A program made the position numbers and the translations under genes. The notes beneath the pieces are model-generated. The model was not told where the DNA came from and made no database searches. It worked only from the letters and a program-made list of their open reading frames with translations. A stretch of DNA of 63,813 nt, the filler included, from Octopus bimaculoides (taxonomy: Eukaryota): NCBI RefSeq assembly GCF_001194135.2. It is 7 parts of 6 records of this genome, joined end to end, with 100 filler letters (N's around TTAATTAATTAA, not from the genome) between each part and the next. Parts side by side here need not be neighbours in the genome. Positions count along the whole stretch, not along the records: positions 8,248 to 30,307 come from NC_068993.1; 6 more parts are not named here. One strand, given 5' to 3'. Of this stretch, positions 11,070 through 21,849 are shown one piece after another (within the stretch, counting starts at the first letter, position 1; the number at the start of each line of letters is the position of its first letter).

Positions 11070-12900
11070 TGCAAAGTCCTTTCCAAAGCGCCTGAAGTAG
11101 GTACAGAACCCTAAGAATATCCTCCACCCCTTCACACATGTAGGAACCAGCCAATCCTTCACAGCTGCCACCTTCTATGAATCAATACAGATGCCATCTT
11201 CGCTCACAACACATCCTATGTACTTCACTTCCTTCTAGAACAACACTTCTTCGGACTCAACTTAAGACGTGCATCTCGAAACCTCTCGAATATCTCCGAG
11301 AACCTCTGCATCTCCTGATAGAAAGTCCGTCCAAATAAGATAACATCATCAAGATAGATGAGGGCTGTCTGCCAGCGTAAGCCCTCCAGTAGCCGGTCCA
11401 TGAGGTGCTCGAATGTTGCAGGAGCGTTACACAAGCCGAATGGCATGACCTTGACCTGCCACAAACTCCGTCCATATAAAAATGCTGTCTCTTCCTTATC
11501 TTTTTCAGCATCCTTGATTTGATGGTATCCTACTTTCATATCCAAAGTATAAAACCACCGAGCCTTTGCTAAAGCATCAAGTGTGTCATCAATTCTAGGC
11601 AAGGGATACGCTGTCACTTCATTCAGAGCTCGATAATCCACACGACACTTCACTGAACTGTCTTTCTTATTTCTTTACTGCCCACAAGGGGCTAAACATA
11701 GAGGGGACAAACAAGGACAAACAAAGGGGTTAATCCGATTACATCGACCCCAGTGCGTAACTGGTACTTAATTTATCGACCCCGAAAGGATGAAAGGCAA
11801 AGTCGACCTCGGCGGAATTTGAACTCAGAACGTAATGGTAGACGAAATAGCGCTAACCATTATCGCCTGGTGTGCTAACGTTTCTGCCAGCTCGCCGTCT
11901 TTCTTCCGCTCCAAAACAACTGCTGATGCCCAGGGACAGCACGATTTTTCTATTACCCACTGACGTTGATAATCTTCCATCACTTTTTCCATTTCCTGTC
12001 GCTGAACTGGCGCCATCTTCCTAACCGGTTGCTTGATTGGGTGATTATTCCCTGTATCAATATGGTGCTCCGCTAGATCCGTGCCAGCAAGGTCTAGGTC
12101 TCCTGCAGAGAACACATTAGCATACTTCACTAGCAACTACCTCAACCGCAACATTTAAGCGTCATCCAAACACTAACAACTCCCTGCAAACAGGCTTCAA
12201 GATGTATTGGCAGACCCCACTCCCACTCCTTCCGACTACACTCCTTCTGCAAGTACACAGGCGACACTGCTCCTGGTCTACTGCCTAACACAGCCCCAAA
12301 ATTTTCCTTTGCGAATCTTTTGCGCTTCCCGCCACAACCAGCACTTTATCAGCGTCTGTTTCCACCATGGTTCGTCCTTCCATAACCTTAGCCTTCATCT
12401 TGCACTGTCTGTCGGGCTCCACCATCCCCAGACAATCATCAAATGAGCTACTCACACTACACTGGAGCAGTAGTTCCGACTTCGGAGGGATCATTGTCGT
12501 CCGTAACGCTCTCACCTCACCACGAGCAGTGGTCCACTTTACTATCTTGACAGGGACTGATCTTTCTTGCACCCAAAACTTCATGGAGGAGAAGTCCAGC
12601 TGACACCCCATGGACACCAAGGAGTCCAAACCCAAGAGACAAGGATCTTCCATCTCCACCACGTAGACAAGAAACACGACCTCTTGCTCTGAACCTTGAA
12701 TCGGGACATTGACCCGTCACCTCAGTTCAGTTCAGTGCCCGGTAACACCATATACCTGCTGTGATGACTCTGGTAGGTCTCAAAGCTGTAACACCTCGAG
12801 TCTCATAATAGTTTTCTCTGAAGTCGAATCAATCACAAGGGAACACTTCTGACCGTCAATCCGCCATCCACTTGTACGCCGTCAATCACAGTCGTTTTAC
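11070..12900 (-). pseudogene. pol: Gypsy pol remnant (protease and reverse transcriptase), frameshifted and SINE-interrupted
   Basis: IDGQKCSLVIDS (protease); EHHIDTGNNHPIKQPVRK; PWASAVVL..KKD; VDYRALN..AYPLPRIDDTLD; VMPFGLCNAPATF; YLDDVI; FLGFCTYFRRF. Confidence 0.9.
11669..11896 (-). mobile_element. SINE family B, well-preserved copy with 9-bp TSD GTCTTTCTT
   Basis: TSD at 11660-11668 and 11897-11905. Head GGCGAGCTGGCAGAAACGTTAGC, B-box GAGTTCAAATTCC, core CCTTTCATCCTTTCGGGGTCGATAAATTAAGTACCAG (resembles the Meta-type SINE core as I recall it). Confidence 0.9.
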
Positions 12901-13270
12901 ATCTTCTCGGAGGTGGGGCTTCTTTGGAATATTCGGCTAGCGGTTACCCTTTAACACTAGCCCCTTCTAGTTTCCCGACACACTGTTATCTTCTCTTACT
13001 CTTCTTTTTTATTTTGCAGGGCAGTCAAAACTCAGATGTCCCTTTCACCACATGTCCGTTATTCTCTCCTAAATGTAAACGTTCTACTATTGCACTGATT
13101 TTGCTCTCTTTTCAAGCTGTAACAATCTTGCTTCTTGTGTCCTGGCTTCCCACAATGCCAGCAACTTCTTCCAACCATCTTTCGTTCTTTCTTCTGCAAA
13201 CAACCCTCTCTTTTATGCTCTAACTTCTCACAGTACCAACAACTTCATTAAGCCTTCCTGCTTCACGTAC

Positions 13271-14275
13271 TTACTCCGTCCTTGCTTTGAATCTGGGACT
13301 GTAGCCCACCTGGAAACTTCCTGTGCTAGACCTTACATACGACTCAAATTCCAGAGCCCTAGCCAGTGCTTCTTGCATATTATTCGGTTGTGCCTGTTTC
13401 ACTTGAACATTGAGCTCTGCATTGCCCAAGAGCCTAGAGGTCAGGTATTGGCGTAGGGTATATTTTATGTGCCACGCTCTCCAAGTCTCCCTTCTAGCCA
13501 TTACACGGATCCGAAATTGTACCCTGTACACTTTACTCTGGTGCATAGTGTCATATGTTTTCTGTAACACTTAAACTAGAGAAGAATAACAGCTTCTGCC
13601 CTCCACTGAGAACTGGTTCAACACCTCTAGAGCAACACACTTTACACTAGTAGCAAGCTGAACTGCTCTTTGTCTATCGTCCCACTCATTCTGGTCAGCT
13701 CAAACTGGACACAGCAGGCTTCCCTTGACACTTTGCCGTCAAATTTTTGTGGTTTCTTCTTAATGGGACTTCTACTGCAACCTTGCACTTCGCTGGATCG
13801 GGGCCTAAATACTGGAACCTCATGATTCACTCCAGTATCCCAAACTACCACCTGAGCACCAGCATGTACACCCGCAACTGAAAGACCACCTCTGGAAGTT
13901 TGGCCATTTTCAAAATTTGACACATGTCGCCCACCATTTCTGCACACTCTGCACATCAGCCTTAGGCTCAGCAGCAGAAAACTGTTCTACGGCCTCCATT
14001 CTCTCATTAAACATTTTGAACTGTTCATCTACATGTTGCTTACACTATGTAATATCATCACTCACCTCACATATGTACTGCTGTAATTCTTTACGTACCT
14101 TTTTCTTGAACCGTTGCTGTTCCTCTTGCAACTGCTGTTGATCCTTTTCTATTCTTCTAATGATTGTGTCCAGCTGTTCCTGAAGACGTATGTGCTGCAC
14201 TTTCTGCCCTTTCTTAAACTCAGTCAGTCTATCACTTTGGTCTTTTAATATTTTCATAGTTGCAGCCAGACACAT
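13271..14275 (-). pseudogene. gag: Gypsy gag remnant
   Basis: KKPQKFDGKVS...VQFEL, YRVQFRIR, QVKQAQPNNMQEALARALEFE, and an N-terminal coiled-coil-like Q/E/K-rich stretch. Broken by stops and frameshifts. Confidence 0.8.
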
Positions 14276-14351
14276 CTTCCTTCCTTGCCAGCCTTCTTGT
14301 GCGCACTCATTCCCAGTCCATAGCGAATAATTGGCTCACTGCAGAAATAAA

Positions 14352-14370
14352 AATCCCACTTCTGACACCA
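14352..14370 (-). promoter_or_regulatory. Primer-binding site complementary to the tRNA-Leu 3' end
   Basis: Plus strand AATCCCACTTCTGACACCA equals the 3' end of eukaryotic tRNA-Leu(CAA/CAG-type) including CCA. It lies 2 nt from the 5' LTR. Confidence 0.85.
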
Positions 14371-14372
14371 AA

Positions 14373-14760
14373 TGTTGCAAAATGTGGCCTCCTGACACCA
14401 ACACGGCTCCAACAGTCAAGTCAGCAGATAGGGAACCGCAGGCCAGCCCAGCAAACCAACTTGCTTAGAGAGGAAGAAGTAGTGGACCTAGTTGGATGTC
14501 TTGTGTAACTTGGTTCTTCGTCACTTGGGTTCACTTCGACTGGTCACAACGAATCTTTTACACCGACTGTCCTCGCTGCGAAATTCACATTCATTGTTTA
14601 CGTAGCCAACTTCACACTGACTGTCTTTTTATTGTTTGTTTGCGCTGCCATCTTCACACTCCGCGTTCTTTACGTCACCAACTGATTCTGCACGTTCCTT
14701 TCCCAGTTCAAATCGCCACCTCACAGCATAGACGCGCAGAACAAAGAAAAACGTGCAACA
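14373..14760 (-). repeat. LTR (5' LTR of the Gypsy element)
   Basis: TGTTGCA...TGCAACA termini and adjacent PBS. Confidence 0.9.
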
Positions 14761-15313
14761 TACTTCACATTAGTCACGTGATCAATAACGTTATTTCTCC
14801 ACATAATAAACAAAAACACAAAAAGGGGTGTAAAGTATAGTCCGATGCAGTTGAAATTCAATAAATTCAATTGATAAAGATTATTCAATTAGGAGTGTAT
14901 AAAATATAAAGAAAGGGAAGACTATATTTATTTCACCAGTTGACACCCGTGTAACGACGATCGATTTGGCGCCATTACTATATAAAAACAATTTATTTTA
15001 GTGTATAATAAATAATAAATTATTTTGCATGCCTGTATTAATGCATATAATATAAATTATACAATGCAGTTGTATAATTTACAAATTAATGCAGGTAAAA
15101 AAACTTGCTCATTAGGTCAAAGAATATCACAATTACTTTCATTCATCAACACAATTATTTAATAGCAGTTGAACTCAGCTCCATACAAGTTTCGTAGTCT
15201 CGTAGAACGAACCAAAGTTGCATGGAGCTAAGTCCAATTGATATTACATTATATATGTCACTCGTACCAAACGAGTTAAGTGCCACTTCCTTTCGTTTGC
15301 TTTCTAACTCGTG

Positions 15314-15400
<87 letters not shown>

Positions 15401-15402
15401 TC

Positions 15403-15805
15403 TTTTATTCTTTTACGTGTTTCAGTCATTTGACTGCAGTCATGCCGGAGCACCGAACAAATCGACCTCAAGACTTACTTTTTAAGCCTAGTACTTATCC
15501 TATCAGTCTTTTTTTATGAACTGCTAAGTTACGGAGACATACACACACCAACACCGGTTGTCAAGCGGTGATGGGGGACAAGCACACACATACGCGCGCG
15601 CACACACATACGCGCACGCACACACACACATAGATATATACATATGTTTACGACGGGCTTCTTTCAGTTTCCGTCTACCAAATCCACTCATAAGGTTTTG
15701 GTCGGCCCGAGGCTCTAGTAGAAGACATTTGCCCAAAGTGCTACGCAGTAGGACTGAACCCAGAACCATGTGGTTGGGAAGCAAGTTCCTTACCACACAG
15801 CCATG
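15403..15805 (-). mobile_element. SINE family A
   Basis: Full tail, microsatellite and head in reverse orientation. Confidence 0.85.
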
Positions 15806-15935
15806 CCTAATAGAAGCTTCCTTCCCAACCACATTGTTCCAGGTTCAGTCGTAATGCGTGGCACCTTGGGCAAGCTTCTTATGCTATAGTCTCGGACCGA
15901 CCAAAGCCTTGTGAATGGATTTGACAGATGGAAAT
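15806..15935 (+). mobile_element. SINE family A head, head-to-head with the previous copy
   Basis: AGAAGCTTCCTTCCCAACCACAT...GACCAAAGCCTTGTGAATGGATTTG. Confidence 0.8.
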
Positions 15936-15949
15936 TATGTCGTCGAGAC

Positions 15950-16392
15950 GTATATTACTAGTTATGGTATACAGCTAGAAAGAATGTTACTGCAGATTTT
16001 GTGCTGACTATTGCACCGGGGCAGTATTGCTGACTCTTCAAACATTCGTTTTCGAATTACCTCATTTCGATTGTTTTCTCTTAATAATATTCCTAACATG
16101 GATCTTTCCCTGGCCTTTTGCATCGTAGCCAATTGATGTTGTATCCTCTTCGTATTAACACACGTCTCACCTGCGTATAAGTGTGCAGGTAGGACGGTGC
16201 TGCTGAAGAGTTTGGCGCATACGGCATTGTCTAGCTTTTTTGCAACACATCCTTTATTGAGTTAAATGCTTTCCATCCTGCCATCCTACCCTTATTTTCT
16301 TTGAGATTTCAGCATCCATATCTCGGCGCCGTTTACGCTAACTAGACGTACTCCTTTACCTCTCTGATTTCATCGCTTCCACCATTCGGTCT
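15950..16392 (-). pseudogene. RTE LINE C-terminal fragment
   Basis: KLFSSTVLPAHLYAGETC matches the RTE LF.STVLP.LLY..ETW motif. Confidence 0.7.
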
Positions 16393-16510
16393 TGTGCTAC
16401 TTCATATATATATATATATATATATATATANNNNNNNNNNNNNNNNNNNNNNNNNNNNNNNNNNNNNNNNNNNNNNNNNNNNNNNNNNNNNNNNNNNNNN
16501 NNNNNNNNNN

Positions 16511-16710
16511 TAAAAAAAACACGGAGGAAAAGAGAAAAACAAACAAACGTTTGGACGTAGCACAAGCAATGTATTAATAACACGCTCAGAGAAGGAAAAG
16601 AATAGACGTTTTACGTTTCCAGTATAGCTCTTCTTCGGAAACAAGAAGAAGCAGGTAAGTCCAAGAGAAAGGAGGAAGAAAATCGCCAAAAATCACGTGC
16701 AGTTACATTT
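16511..16710 (-). mobile_element. PLE-type repeat with a degenerate hammerhead core at 16608-16642
   Basis: Related to 3055-3262 and 28845-29060. Minus strand reads GTTT-CCGAAGA-A-GAGCTATACTG-GAAA-CGTA-AAAC. Confidence 0.6.
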
Positions 16711-16784
16711 TTGAAGTAAGTGATGTATATATACACAGTTTCGCCTCTACTGCCATGAAGAAGTTGAAAAACGTGGAAAAACAA

Positions 16785-16975
16785 TTTCATTAGTTTTCCA
16801 ACACTACTGAACATGTACAAGATCCTGGTGATTTCGATCCTTCTATATGGGTGTGAGAACTGGACTTTTACAGCTTACATGGAGCGAAGAATCCAGGCAT
16901 TTCAGCACAAGAGCTTCAGAAAGCTATTACACATCCTGTCCAAAATGAACAGATATGCCTGGCAGCAAGTAAAAA
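16785..16975 (+). pseudogene. RTE LINE C-terminal fragment
   Basis: MYKILVISILLYGCENWTL...MERRIQAFQHKSFRKLL. Confidence 0.75.
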
Positions 16976-17063
16976 AATACACTGAATGAAGTTCCATAAA
17001 TCCCATCAATTTTAGTGAAAATGGAGGAGACAAGTTGTTAAAATTTATAAGAAGTTTAATTCT

Positions 17064-17087
17064 TGCAGACGATCGTTTCGTACATAG

Positions 17088-17161
<74 letters not shown>

Positions 17162-17218
17162 TAAATTCATGATTGAATTAAATTGAATTTATTAAATACC
17201 AACGAACTCTTCAGTGCA
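17064..17218 (-). ncRNA. Type-I hammerhead ribozyme motif with an intact core
   Basis: UGCA-CUGAAGA-GUUCGU...(AUU)n...AUGUAC-GAAA-CGAUC-GUC/UGCA. Stem I is 4 bp, G10.1-C11.1 is present, stem III is the palindrome ACGAUCGU, and the cleavage triplet is GUC. Confidence 0.7.
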
Positions 17219-18673
17219 GGAAGGAAAGAAACCACAATACAAAGAATTTTAAAAAGAAATATAGCATAAAAATTGGATCTAGGAGATTCATATTGGTATC
17301 CGTATGAGAAAGAGATGGGAGTTATGTCGGATATTTAACCATAACTAATGGCTTCAACGGTTATTTGAAGATATAAGTAAAGAGGTATCGGAGACGTCCC
17401 TGTAAAGATGAGTATGGAAATTAGAATTATAGCTCCATAGAAGTAGCATAGGGCAAATAAGTAGTAGAAATGTCCAATGGGAAGCCAATCCTGAATTTAA
17501 ATTAAAATTAGAACTAACTGTTGAAATCAGTACGTAGTAAAGTGTATTTTAAAAATTCTATACTTAAGGATGAAGTTTAGCGTGAGGAAGTGGTATATGA
17601 GAAGCTAATATTAGATAGTTAATGTAAACAAATGGCAGAAGAAGTAGAGGAATGAGAATGAGTTAAAGATAGATGATGTATATAAAGGACTCATGCTTGA
17701 ATAAAAAATCATATTTGGTAACACGTATTAATGATAAAGTAGAAAAAATAAGTAAAAACAGAAAAAGCAGTTGTTAATATTTCAATTAAAGTAGTATGTA
17801 CTTGCTGTGTTTATAAAGTTGAAAAATGTTTTTTGAAAATGAAGTTAGATAGACCAAAATAAATGTTGGGGAGATAAATGAGCGGAGAAAGAGAAGAGTA
17901 AAAAAATAAAACTTTGGATAGGGATGTGTTGGTTATACAGAAGGTGTGTTTTAGTATATATAAAAAAAAATATTCCAGAGGTAATAATCCAGCTTAGTAT
18001 TATGTGAGAAGGATTTGGAATGGCAGTATGGTCATAATGGTATTCAGGTTGTAGGGGTGCCGTGCCAGTATGAATATAATAAAAATTACGAATAGAAGGG
18101 TACACATAAACGTACAAAAATTTACACATAATACAGAAGAAATATAATCTAATAAGGGTAAGAGTGTGTGTGTATGTGTATGTTTAGTCATACGTGTGTA
18201 GAGGCATATTTACACATGAATATATAGATACGGGAATTCTTGTAGATAATCGTTTAAGGTATATATATAAACTGTACAAATATACCCATACAGGTGTAAA
18301 AAAGGGGACACACACATACATATAACTACACACAAATAATAGATAGCATATATAAGTATGTGAACATACATATATACGCGGTTACACACGTTCATATCAA
18401 TATACATATCTGTACCTACATATAAAAATAATCACATACATATCTATAAATTTACACGCATAGGTGCATATAAGATTCATACCTAGATATGCATACATGG
18501 ATGTAGGCATGTAGAACACCTAGAAGTCGTACATGAGCATACATGTGTACATATGCCAGCAGTAAAATATACGTAATTATAAGGTATAGTAACAAATAAC
18601 ATAAACCAGTAAAGTTAGAATAGGTATATTGAGGTGGGGAGAGGTACAAGAAAGGGAGTACACGGACACATTA

Positions 18674-18768
18674 TACACTGAAGAGTACGTTGATATTTAA
18701 ATGAATTTATTTAATTCAATCATGAATTTATATTATTATGATATCTATGTAAGAAACGATCGTCTGCA
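18674..18768 (+). ncRNA. Type-I hammerhead ribozyme motif with two substitutions
   Basis: UACA-CUGAAGA-GUACGU...AUGUAA-GAAA-CGAUC-GUC/UGCA. C11.1 is changed to A and stem I has one mismatch. Confidence 0.6.
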
Positions 18769-21700
18769 AGAATTAGACTTATAAATTTTAGCAACTTGTC
18801 TCCTCCATTTTTAACAAAATTGATGGGATTTATGGAACTTCGTTCCATATATATATATATTTATATANNNNNNNNNNNNNNNNNNNNNNNNNNNNNNNNN
18901 NNNNNNNNNNNNNNNNNNNNNNNNNNNNNNNNNNNNNNNNNNNNNNNNNNNNNNNNNNNNNNNNNNNNNNNNNNNNNNNNNNNNNNNNNNNNNNNNNNNN
19001 NNNNNNNNNNNNNNNNNNNNNNNNNNNNNNNNNNNNNNNNNNNNNNNNNNNNNNNNNNNNNNNNNNNNNNNNNNNNNNNNNNNNNNNNNNNNNNNNNNNN
19101 NNNNNNNNNNNNNNNNNNNNNNNNNNNNNNNNNNNNNNNNNNNNNNNNNNNNNNNNNNNNNNNNNNNNNNNNNNNNNNNNNNNNNNNNNNNNNNNNNNNN
19201 NNNNNNNNNNNNNNNNNNNNNNNNNNNNNNNNNNNNNNNNNNNNNNNNNNNNNNNNNNNNNNNNNNNNNNNNNNNNNNNNNNNNNNNNNNNNNNNNNNNN
19301 NNNNNNNNNNNNNNNNNNNNNNNNNNNNNNNNNNNNNNNNNNNNNNNNNNNNNNNNNNNNNNNNNNNNNNNNNNNNNNNNNNNNNNNNNNNNNNNNNNNN
19401 NNNNNNNNNNNNNNNNNNNNNNNNNNNNNNNNNNNNNNNNNNNNNNNNNNNNNNNNNNNNNNNNNNNNNNNNNNNNNNNNNNNNNNNNNNNNNNNNNNNN
19501 NNNNNNNNNNNNNNNNNNNNNNNNNNNNNNNNNNNNNNNNNNNNNNNNNNNNNNNNNNNNNNNNNNNNNNNNNNNNNNNNNNNNNNNNNNNNNNNNNNNN
19601 NNNNNNNNNNNNNNNNNNNNNNNNNNNNNNNNNNNNNNNNNNNNNNNNNNNNNNNNNNNNNNNNNATATATATATATATATATATTTTTACACAAATACC
19701 TATACATACATTTTGTACGTTTTAATGCGTAAATATTTATACGTATAAACCACTAAGAGCTTACGTACCATTAACTTACAGATACATTCACACTCACTTC
19801 CATACACGCACATTATATACACCTGAATAGCTACACTCATGGACACATTTACACATATCGTTCTTGCACCACACATGCGTTCTTGCACTCGCACTGATAT
19901 TCAAACTATGAAACATTCTGTAATACCATACACTTGCGCACATAAACACGCTCATGTCTCATACATGTACTGAAACATAAACTAACACTCATATACAGCA
20001 TAATATATAAACAGTTATGCTCACAAAATCCCATGCACATACAGAGAGGAGGAGGAGAATGAGAGAGGGAGAGAGAGGAGAATGAGAGAGGGGGTTCATT
20101 AATTACAAAAGCAGTTTACCCCGAAAGACAAACATCTATTTATATATCTTTGTTGTTTCTCCTCTAATGACTTAAGAAGCATTCCCTATCTCCATTATAC
20201 CAGCCATTTCTCTCACACAGCTACACTCTAGATTCCAGGTAGCCTCCACCGACTAGTATTACTAACTACTTCAAGCAAAAGACCAAAGAAAACAGAAGCT
20301 TTCCTATTTTTGTCAATATGTCGTTGCACTCATCTAGACCTCTTATCAGTTTACACAACAGATGCTTCGAACAGATGCGTTCAAACTGACTTCTTACAGA
20401 ACATGAACGTTAGAGTTTTTCTTCATCTTTTCCTGATAGTTCCCATTCCCTTACCACTTACCATACTTTCATCACCGATTTGCCCAATCCGTACGAACAG
20501 TAATCCAACCCCGTACCATTGTGTCACAGAATTTCGTAGTTCTCTTGTGCTATCTTATCCAGGAACGGTTGGTGTGATTTGAACGGAGATAACTTCCGTT
20601 TCGAAAATGAACAAACAACTTTAGTTTCGAATGCAAAATTGTAGCAACGTTAGGAAATTTTTATTTATTTGCATAATGTTGCATATTACACGACAAGCAC
20701 ATATTTCATCGTTTGCGAAAGAATGAAAGACAAATCTGACTCTTTTACGAATCGAACTCAGAATATACAGAGATAAAACTGAACAAAAAGAGGCAATTTA
20801 TCCACTTCTTAGCTGTTTCATTAGAGGTACGATGGCCGAGGGTTGTGTAAAATATTCACCATCAAATCCCACCAAATCACCTTAGGAAAGGATGAGCACA
20901 TGAGATAATGAGGACTAGTAACACAATGTCTGGAGAAAAGGCGGTAGGGTCACATGAATTCCTTTTATCATTGGGTAAGCTGATTAAAGCTTACCTGAAG
21001 TCAAACAAAGACAAGGGAGTCTTAAATATATTATGTTTTCCTCATCGATATTTTTATATTATCTATGTAAACAACTCACTATGTTTTGAATTTTGTTATT
21101 GTCTTTAAGCTCTTATGCATAATAAAGCGAGCGAACCATCGTGCCAGCCTTTGCCAGCCTTACCTACCAGTCTGATAAAAGCAACATTGTCTATACGGGG
21201 TGACAGAATATAGCGAGGGTACGATTAAAATATTTTATGTTCACTTTGAACTGTTGCACTTTAAAGTTCTGGGGAGAAACCGGCACCGAGAGGAAAACCC
21301 CACGTGGGTACCTTTTTCGGGATAAAAGGCTGGACGTGGGAAGAGGGATATAGAATTAGCAACTTTGAAAAAGGAAATATTACAAACGAATATCATGAAT
21401 AGAGAACCTGGTAAAGTACGAGTAATGCGACTATCGAAAGCTTAGTCAAAAGTGCAACGTTGCTGTGGCTAACACTGGCTTGTAGACAAAAATGAAGTGA
21501 TCTGATATGAAAATAATAAATAAGGAAGGCTTCTAGCGTGGACAGAAAATTAGGGAAGGGAAATGAGATGTGCCTCTTACATTTTTCATAAATGCATTAA
21601 TAAATCGAGAGTCCTTGTTTTCTGTCACAGAGGTACGAACTTTAGTTAAATAAACAGTTTTTAATATCGTCAGGAAATAGAGTTAAATACATAATCAGTT

Positions 21701-21849
21701 TTTAATCTATAAACAATTATAATTCTTTTAAGACGCATCTATGGAATTACAAAAGTTTAAAATTGCACAAATGACTCTTTGTGTGTGTGCGTGGGTGGGT
21801 AGGTAAGTAGGTAAGTAGGTAGGTCATTACATCTTTCATAGTCCTACAA

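Larger units (their letters stand above)
10689..14760 (-). mobile_element. Ty3/Gypsy LTR retrotransposon, degenerate, lacking RNase H and integrase
   Basis: Two LTRs, a PBS, and gag, protease and RT remnants in gag-PR-RT order. Confidence 0.9.
16984..18845. mobile_element. Element bounded by long inverted arms (16984-17218 and 18674-18845), each containing a hammerhead; probably PLE-derived
   Basis: The arms are reverse complements apart from an (AAT)n expansion in the left arm. The interior is an AT-rich 1.45-kb segment with no recognisable ORF. Confidence 0.75.

Noticed and set aside
18796-19725. Long ORFs made of X (also 3092-3637 and 37236-38337)
   Set aside because: They are open only because they span N gaps.
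20100-20600. Possible LINE or exon remnant
   Set aside because: It looks protein-like in patches, but I found no assignable motif or splice pair.
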